Part shown: piece after piece, positions 53,884 to 58,633 of the stretch
Layout of the letters: every line of letters starts with the position of its first letter
Numbering within the stretch: position 1 is the first letter of the stretch
Source: an uncultured Gammaproteobacteria bacterium
Lineage (GTDB): Bacteria > Patescibacteriota > Patescibacteriia > UBA2196 > GWA2-42-15
Reading direction: 5' to 3'
Length of the DNA: 58,633 nt
NCBI GenBank assembly: GCA_964573135.1
Contig: CAZNIO010000008.1
Coordinates: 1-58,633, forward strand
The notes under the pieces: model-generated
What the model saw: the letters and a program-made list of their open reading frames with translations, nothing else
The model's database searches: none
What the model was told of the DNA's origin: nothing
Made by a program: the position numbers and the translations under genes

Positions 53884-54228
53884 TTATTCTAATGTTAATC
53901 CATTTTTTAAATATTGTCTAATCCTATCCTTATCCTCTCTTACTTTACCACCCTTAAAATATATCTCTATAAACTCAACTATACTTTCATCCGAAGAATA
54001 AGCAAAAATTATTCTTAATGTTTGACCTCGAAGACACCGACAAAAAAATCTAGCTTTTATTATTTTCACTTTATTATCACTGTAAAGAATAACAAAATTT
54101 TTATTAGACGACAAGTCTACCTCGGGAAACCTATTTTGAAAATTAATCAAATCCTGCTCAAGCGTCTTATATTTCCTAAACATTTTTTTAAATTCCTTAG
54201 AAAACTCCTTTGTTTTTTTATAATTCAT
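53884..54228 (-). CDS. Putative RelE/HigB-like toxin
   Basis: 114 aa basic; EFSKEFKKMFRKYKTLEQDL, IIKARF, LRIIFAY, IEIYFK follow the RelE/HigB2 pattern; overlaps the upstream antitoxin gene by 11 nt. Confidence 0.6.
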   Translation of the reverse strand: MNYKKTKEFSKEFKKMFRKYKTLEQDLINFQNRFPEVDLSSNKNFVILYSDNKVKIIKARFFCRCLRGQTLRIIFAYSSDESIVEFIEIYFKGGKVREDKDRIRQYLKNGLTLE

Positions 54229-55003
54229 CCTTATGCTCTCTTACGGAATATTTATCATCGCGATAAAACACACTTTCATAATCAATTTTTTCCCCATTAT
54301 CATGTGTTTTCCAAGGAATATCGTTATGGGAATATTCACTTAATTCTTTCGCGCTCTTATTAGATAAACGATCTAATACCCCGTCAATATGCGTAATCTC
54401 TTGGGCTGACAACTTACTTAAATCCGGCTCACGACGGGGCAAATACTTTTTTTGTTCATACTGAAAATATTTGTTGTTGACCTTGGTTACTTCCTTGTCA
54501 CTTTGCATCTGATCAATTATTTTTTTAAATTCAATCGGTGTTGGACCATAACGATTTTTAATATAGGTAGCACCAATCAATTGTTCCTCATATTTTTCAT
54601 AATAATCAAAATCTATAAAATATAATATCTTATACAGCGCTGTTTCACCAATATTTGGCTTAGCGCCAATTTTTTCTAATATATATAATAAAATCTCTTT
54701 AAATTTCTTTAAATTCTTTTGGGGTACACTAACCCTTATTTCTGGCTTTACTGTCTTTTTTACTTCTTTTTCTTTCTCAAAATCAACCTTAATTACCAAA
54801 TTTCTGTCTTGCAATAAATCTTCTAATGTTATACTAAAAATTGAAGCTATTTTTTTAGCTTCTGAAACAGTCAGTTCTCGCTCACCTTTTTCAATTTGTA
54901 TATAAGTAGGGCGTGAAATTCCAAGCTCCTGCGCTAAATATTCCTGTGAAAACCCATTCTTCAAACGCAATTTTTTAATTGTTTGTGCTAATTTATTAAT
55001 CAT
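54218..55003 (-). CDS. XRE-family HTH fused to a Panacea (DUF4065/SocA/GepA) antitoxin domain
   Basis: HTH: IKKLRLKNGFSQEYLAQELGISRPTYIQIEKG. DUF4065: LYKILYFIDF, IGATYIKNRYGPTP, LSEYSHNDIPW. Confidence 0.82.
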   Translation of the reverse strand: MINKLAQTIKKLRLKNGFSQEYLAQELGISRPTYIQIEKGERELTVSEAKKIASIFSITLEDLLQDRNLVIKVDFEKEKEVKKTVKPEIRVSVPQKNLKKFKEILLYILEKIGAKPNIGETALYKILYFIDFDYYEKYEEQLIGATYIKNRYGPTPIEFKKIIDQMQSDKEVTKVNNKYFQYEQKKYLPRREPDLSKLSAQEITHIDGVLDRLSNKSAKELSEYSHNDIPWKTHDNGEKIDYESVFYRDDKYSVREHKDEL

Positions 55004-55033
55004 AAAATGTCCACAATCTTAATTTATATTTAT

Positions 55034-55077
55034 ATTATATAAGTGTAAAGAAATATTGTCAAATATATATGTAAAGA
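55034..55077 (-). promoter_or_regulatory. Perfect-consensus promoter of the TA operon with a repeated motif (possible operator)
   Basis: Minus strand TTGACA (55062-57), 17 nt, TATAAT (55039-34); TGTAAAGA occurs at + 55044-51 and + 55070-77. Confidence 0.7.
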
Positions 55078-55246
55078 TATCTAACAATAAATAACTGCCA
55101 ATAAAAAAATCCCAAATATTTAATAAAATCCGGAATTTTTCAATGATGCCCCATCTCTAATCCTCATAAAGCTCATGTATCTTTCTATCTTCTAATTTTT
55201 TCTAGATATATCCACAGAATTAATTTATGAATTATTTTTGATATTT

Positions 55247-55567
55247 TTAAAAACTTAAAAAATTAGAATTTTTGAAAGCCAATACAATGAGCAAATATAA
55301 GCTAATTAACGTGACTATATATAAGCACACGAAAATCAACCAATACATTTTTACAAATGTTTTATACTCATCAAATTTCTCTTTGAATACCAATTTATTA
55401 AATACTAAGTAAAGCAAGAAGCTTAATGGTAAAATCAAAACAAAATATTTCAAATAATAGCTAAAATCTCCCAGAAATGTTGTAAATAACAACAATAGGA
55501 AAGGTGCTACTATAAAAATAATAACGTATAAAATAAAATAAAAAATGGATTTACTTTTAAATAACAT
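55247..55567 (-). CDS. Small hypothetical membrane protein (about 3 TM helices)
   Basis: 106-aa hydrophobic ORF starting 7 nt after the large lipase gene. Confidence 0.6.
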   Translation of the reverse strand: MLFKSKSIFYFILYVIIFIVAPFLLLLFTTFLGDFSYYLKYFVLILPLSFLLYLVFNKLVFKEKFDEYKTFVKMYWLIFVCLYIVTLISLYLLIVLAFKNSNFLSF

Positions 55568-55574
55568 GTATTTC

Positions 55575-58500
55575 TTAATTAGTTTTTAAATATTCAATAT
55601 CACTTTTAATAATACCATAAACCTCATCGTCTATCCAATTCCTTCTATCATAATGCTTAAGTTGTTTTAAGATAAGACTATATTGTATCTGGATAAATCT
55701 TTGACGAATTTGTTTTAATCTTTCGGTCTTTCTATTAAAGACTTTCTCCACTCTTCTGTCACAATAGGCTTGATCTTTTTTCTTCAAACATTTCTCCATT
55801 TTCAACTCCAATTGCTTTTCTCTTTTCGCTAACTTCTTTTCATGCAAATTAATTTGTTTTTGTATTCTTTGTAACTGCCTTATTAAACTGTTTTTAACGT
55901 GTTTTTTAGTGATTTTACCATCAATATAAAATTGCCTTATCTTCCCTATTAAATCATCTATAGCAATTGGTCTACTAATCACGAACTCTAATTGTTTCAC
56001 CTCCTCAACATTCCCTGCTCTGTCAGTTGTCATATAGTAAAAAACATAATTACCATCCTCATCTAAAATAATTGGCTCTAAATATTCATGCCATATCTGA
56101 TTATCAAAACTATACTCCGTTATCAAGACACCTGAACCACCCTGATCGTCCTCGGCAATTAACTCTATTTCAACATCTGTAATATATTTATCATCTTCAT
56201 TTTTGTCTCCTGAAATATCGATGGTTGTTTCGGGTCTAATTGTATCAGCTGACTCTTCTTGATCAAGAATAGAATCCGGCTCCAATTGGTCTTCGAAAAC
56301 CTGATCACCATCTTGATCAATTCGCATAATGTAACTATCTAGCTCTATTCCAATATTAGTACTCTCGGTTTCAATCGGTATTTGATTGTAATAGACAGTT
56401 TGAGTATATTCTCCCTCTTCTATGTCTTGGATTCTTGCATTAAACTGACCCTGACTTTCCGCCTCGCCCTTAACAGTATAATTTAAGCCATCTGGTAAAA
56501 AAACAAATGTATTACCGTCAATAACATCATATTCAGCGCCTGGAATACCATATTCTATATCTCCGTTTTCATCTGGCCCTAAATGATTGCCACTTTCATC
56601 ATAAACATGTAGGGTCATGGGGCTATGTAAACTTACTTGTGTACCGTTAAATGAACAAATACCATTATCTTGGTTTAAGTCTGAATAGCCGGAAAAATTA
56701 AAATTCTCTTGTTCATTTTGCAAAATAGATATAATTAACTCTTTGACACCATCTGCGCTCGGCATTTCAGCGTGAGCAATATTTTTGAGATAAGCTTTCT
56801 GACTAGAAAACATCGCCTCGGCACTGCCCAAAGGCACGGTGGAATCACCGTTAATATATTTAAGTCCATATTCATATTCTCCAGTTTTTTCCTTATTCAA
56901 CACATAAATTTTACCCAATGTCGCCTGGCCACAACCAATTATATTATATGTATCAATACCATCAAATTGTGGGGTATAACTATCAATAGTATTATGTAGA
57001 TTATCATTAAAGCCAAGTAACAAATCATTCCTGCCGGTGTTCCTCATGAATTCAATTGACTGATCAAAATTCAAATTGCCCTTTAATTGATTATTATCCA
57101 AATCATAAACATCTGCTATATATGAGCCAAGATCCGAATCTCCTTGAGTAAAATATTGTCTGCTGGGGAGAAGTTGGTATATAGAAGGAAAGTTTTGAGA
57201 AATTTGATTAATTCTATCTGAATTTAAAAGAGATATTTTGCCAACATGCAAACCCATATCATCCCCATACTCCAAAATCTTAAATGCCTTTGGTGCGCCT
57301 ATATGTGGCGTAGCAATATCGATGAATTTATTCACAGACTGTGAGCCATATTTGACCATATACCTTTTAGCCACCAACCCTCCCATACTATGCGCGATAA
57401 TATTTACTTTTTGCGCTCCGGTTTGTGCTAAAATTAATCCAATTTCATTTTCCAAATTAGCGACTTCCGGCACCGGCGGATCACCGGCTATCCAGTCAAT
57501 ATCAAGACGCCAATCATAAGGAAAAACAAATAAGCTAACATCTTCGATATACCCCTCAGATTCCAATTCTTCTATTAATCCTTGCCAATATTCCTTAAAT
57601 AATATTTTTCTAATTATATCTGAAGCAAAAATCTCTGCATCTGGATATCCATCCTCTTTTAGCTTTAATACATCTAAATAATCATCACTTTTAGATATAA
57701 GCATTTTATCTAAATTCAACCAAATTTCATCCTTATCTTGATCATCCCGATTTAAATAACTAGCAATTATACCTGGAATAAGAATAACCGGTTCTAATTC
57801 GGACTCATCTGTTCCATTAATCCATCTTGTCTCTGACCAGCCAGTATAATTACCATTCACGTTAGCTCTTGTTTGCCAATAAAAAACTTGGGTTAAAATA
57901 TCTGTAATATTGTATTTAGCTTGTGAGAGAATAATGGGCTCAAGCCAAATATCATTATCTGATGACAAGCGAAGCTGATAATCAGTAGCTCCTGCCACTT
58001 CATCCCAAATTAAATAAGTCTGATAATTATTCCATGTTCCGTTATTGGTAATATTACCGGCCACGTTGAGAAAAAAACCATAATAGTTACTTTGGATAGT
58101 ACCGTTATTAACAATCTCTCCATCAATAGTTAAGGTATAGAAATAGGCACCATAGGGATTCCTATAATTCTGAACTATAGTACCTTGCTCAATATTTACA
58201 GAGCCGTTAAGCGTAGTATTAATAAAATTCTTCTGGCCTGGGCCTTTGAATATAATTTGGTCAGCGGTGATAGTTGCACCGATTTTTTGGTTACCTGGAG
58301 CAAAAATAACTGTGGGAGCAATCACATCACCGGCCACAGAACTATTATCAGCAAAAACCAAGCTACCTTGCCCAACAATTGTACCAGGAAGTTTTATAGT
58401 TTCTAAAATAGTAATGGCTTGCTCCGATGAATTTAAAGTAATTGTTTGGTCATTAAAATCTAAATCATAAAATGAAGGGCTACCTATTATCTCAAAACTT

Positions 58501-58633
58501 TGATCAAATACTACCTCGCTTTCAATAGGGTTAGCAGTAATAATTTGCCTCGATTGATTAGTAATTAAATAAGTCCGGTAATTATTCCATGTTCCGTTAT
58601 TGGTAATATTACCGGCCACGTTGAGAAAAAAAC
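55575..58633 (-). CDS. Large extracellular protein, 5'-partial: repeat region, Fn3-like segment, LCAT/PGAP1-like alpha/beta hydrolase, Ig-like domain, basic helical tail
   Basis: Frame stays open to the window edge; PVILIPGIIAS, FPYDWR, IAHSMGG (GxSxG-type nucleophile), ATPHIGAP, GDSTVP, HAEM; DTIRPETTI...TDRAGNVE. Confidence 0.82.
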   Translation of the reverse strand, partial: FFLNVAGNITNNGTWNNYRTYLITNQSRQIITANPIESEVVFDQSFEIIGSPSFYDLDFNDQTITLNSSEQAITILETIKLPGTIVGQGSLVFADNSSVAGDVIAPTVIFAPGNQKIGATITADQIIFKGPGQKNFINTTLNGSVNIEQGTIVQNYRNPYGAYFYTLTIDGEIVNNGTIQSNYYGFFLNVAGNITNNGTWNNYQTYLIWDEVAGATDYQLRLSSDNDIWLEPIILSQAKYNITDILTQVFYWQTRANVNGNYTGWSETRWINGTDESELEPVILIPGIIASYLNRDDQDKDEIWLNLDKMLISKSDDYLDVLKLKEDGYPDAEIFASDIIRKILFKEYWQGLIEELESEGYIEDVSLFVFPYDWRLDIDWIAGDPPVPEVANLENEIGLILAQTGAQKVNIIAHSMGGLVAKRYMVKYGSQSVNKFIDIATPHIGAPKAFKILEYGDDMGLHVGKISLLNSDRINQISQNFPSIYQLLPSRQYFTQGDSDLGSYIADVYDLDNNQLKGNLNFDQSIEFMRNTGRNDLLLGFNDNLHNTIDSYTPQFDGIDTYNIIGCGQATLGKIYVLNKEKTGEYEYGLKYINGDSTVPLGSAEAMFSSQKAYLKNIAHAEMPSADGVKELIISILQNEQENFNFSGYSDLNQDNGICSFNGTQVSLHSPMTLHVYDESGNHLGPDENGDIEYGIPGAEYDVIDGNTFVFLPDGLNYTVKGEAESQGQFNARIQDIEEGEYTQTVYYNQIPIETESTNIGIELDSYIMRIDQDGDQVFEDQLEPDSILDQEESADTIRPETTIDISGDKNEDDKYITDVEIELIAEDDQGGSGVLITEYSFDNQIWHEYLEPIILDEDGNYVFYYMTTDRAGNVEEVKQLEFVISRPIAIDDLIGKIRQFYIDGKITKKHVKNSLIRQLQRIQKQINLHEKKLAKREKQLELKMEKCLKKKDQAYCDRRVEKVFNRKTERLKQIRQRFIQIQYSLILKQLKHYDRRNWIDDEVYGIIKSDIEYLKTN
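58009..58633. repeat. Intragenic direct repeat, period 555 bp (185 aa)
   Basis: 58024-58078 is identical to 58579-58633 (55 bp); extends to 58009-58078 vs 58564-58633 with 2 mismatches; encodes GFFLNVAGNITNNGTWNNY[QR]TYLI. Confidence 0.9.

Noticed and set aside
268-58470. Many short ORFs in the track overlapping longer genes (e.g. 733-1053, 2196-2528, 6933-7454, 8821-9120, 9785-10204, 26783-27142, 32221-32631, 47153-47509, 54022-54363)
   Set aside because: They are antisense or alternate-frame shadows of well-supported genes, with no recognisable motifs
1-58633. CRISPR array or cas genes
   Set aside because: No regularly spaced repeat-spacer series and no Cas motifs; the palindromes are isolated and tens of kb apart
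1-58633. Recoded genetic code (UGA = Gly, as in Gracilibacteria/Absconditabacteria)
   Set aside because: Conserved genes are full length in table 11, and folD ends correctly at TGA
53779-58633. Integrative island attached at tRNA-Leu(UAA)
   Set aside because: The accessory genes lie on the tRNA 5' side, and no integrase or duplicated tRNA 3' end is seen in the window

Overview
A 58.6 kb, AT-rich, gene-dense bacterial chromosome segment read in the standard genetic code (TGA is used as a stop). Gene content and style point to a Patescibacteria/CPR genome, probably Parcubacteria/ABY1-like; this is inference, with no marker-gene placement. It holds about 53 CDS: a housekeeping backbone (rel, parAB, rnc, nusB, rpmF, clpP, infB, tsaD, secG, rnj, trpS, glyA, folD, ychF, tsaC, ruvC, yebC, rplS), 4 intact tRNAs, 1 disrupted tRNA, one complete IS982-family element and no CRISPR array. 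Highlights: (1) a divergent elp3 plus Trm9/ALKBH8-like methyltransferase pair, suggesting a eukaryote-type mcm5U34 wobble pathway. (2) A tRNA cassette with an HTH/LAGLIDADG-like ORF whose stop codon lies inside a rare tRNA-Ile(UAU), then a hairpin-disrupted pseudo-tRNA-Val, an intact tRNA-Val and a translin/TRAX nuclease with intact catalytic residues. (3) A MurL-MurD2 fusion for racemase-independent D-Glu in peptidoglycan. (4) A 13-gene operon with two glycogen synthases, GH57 and a GalT-like enzyme but no glgC in the window, interleaved with a kinase, a GT4 and two ATP-grasp ligases. (5) An HTH-Panacea/RelE-like toxin-antitoxin pair. (6) A large partial surface lipase with a near-perfect internal repeat. 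(7) Many promoters placed so that mRNAs are nearly leaderless. All product calls come from motif recognition by eye; no database search was run.
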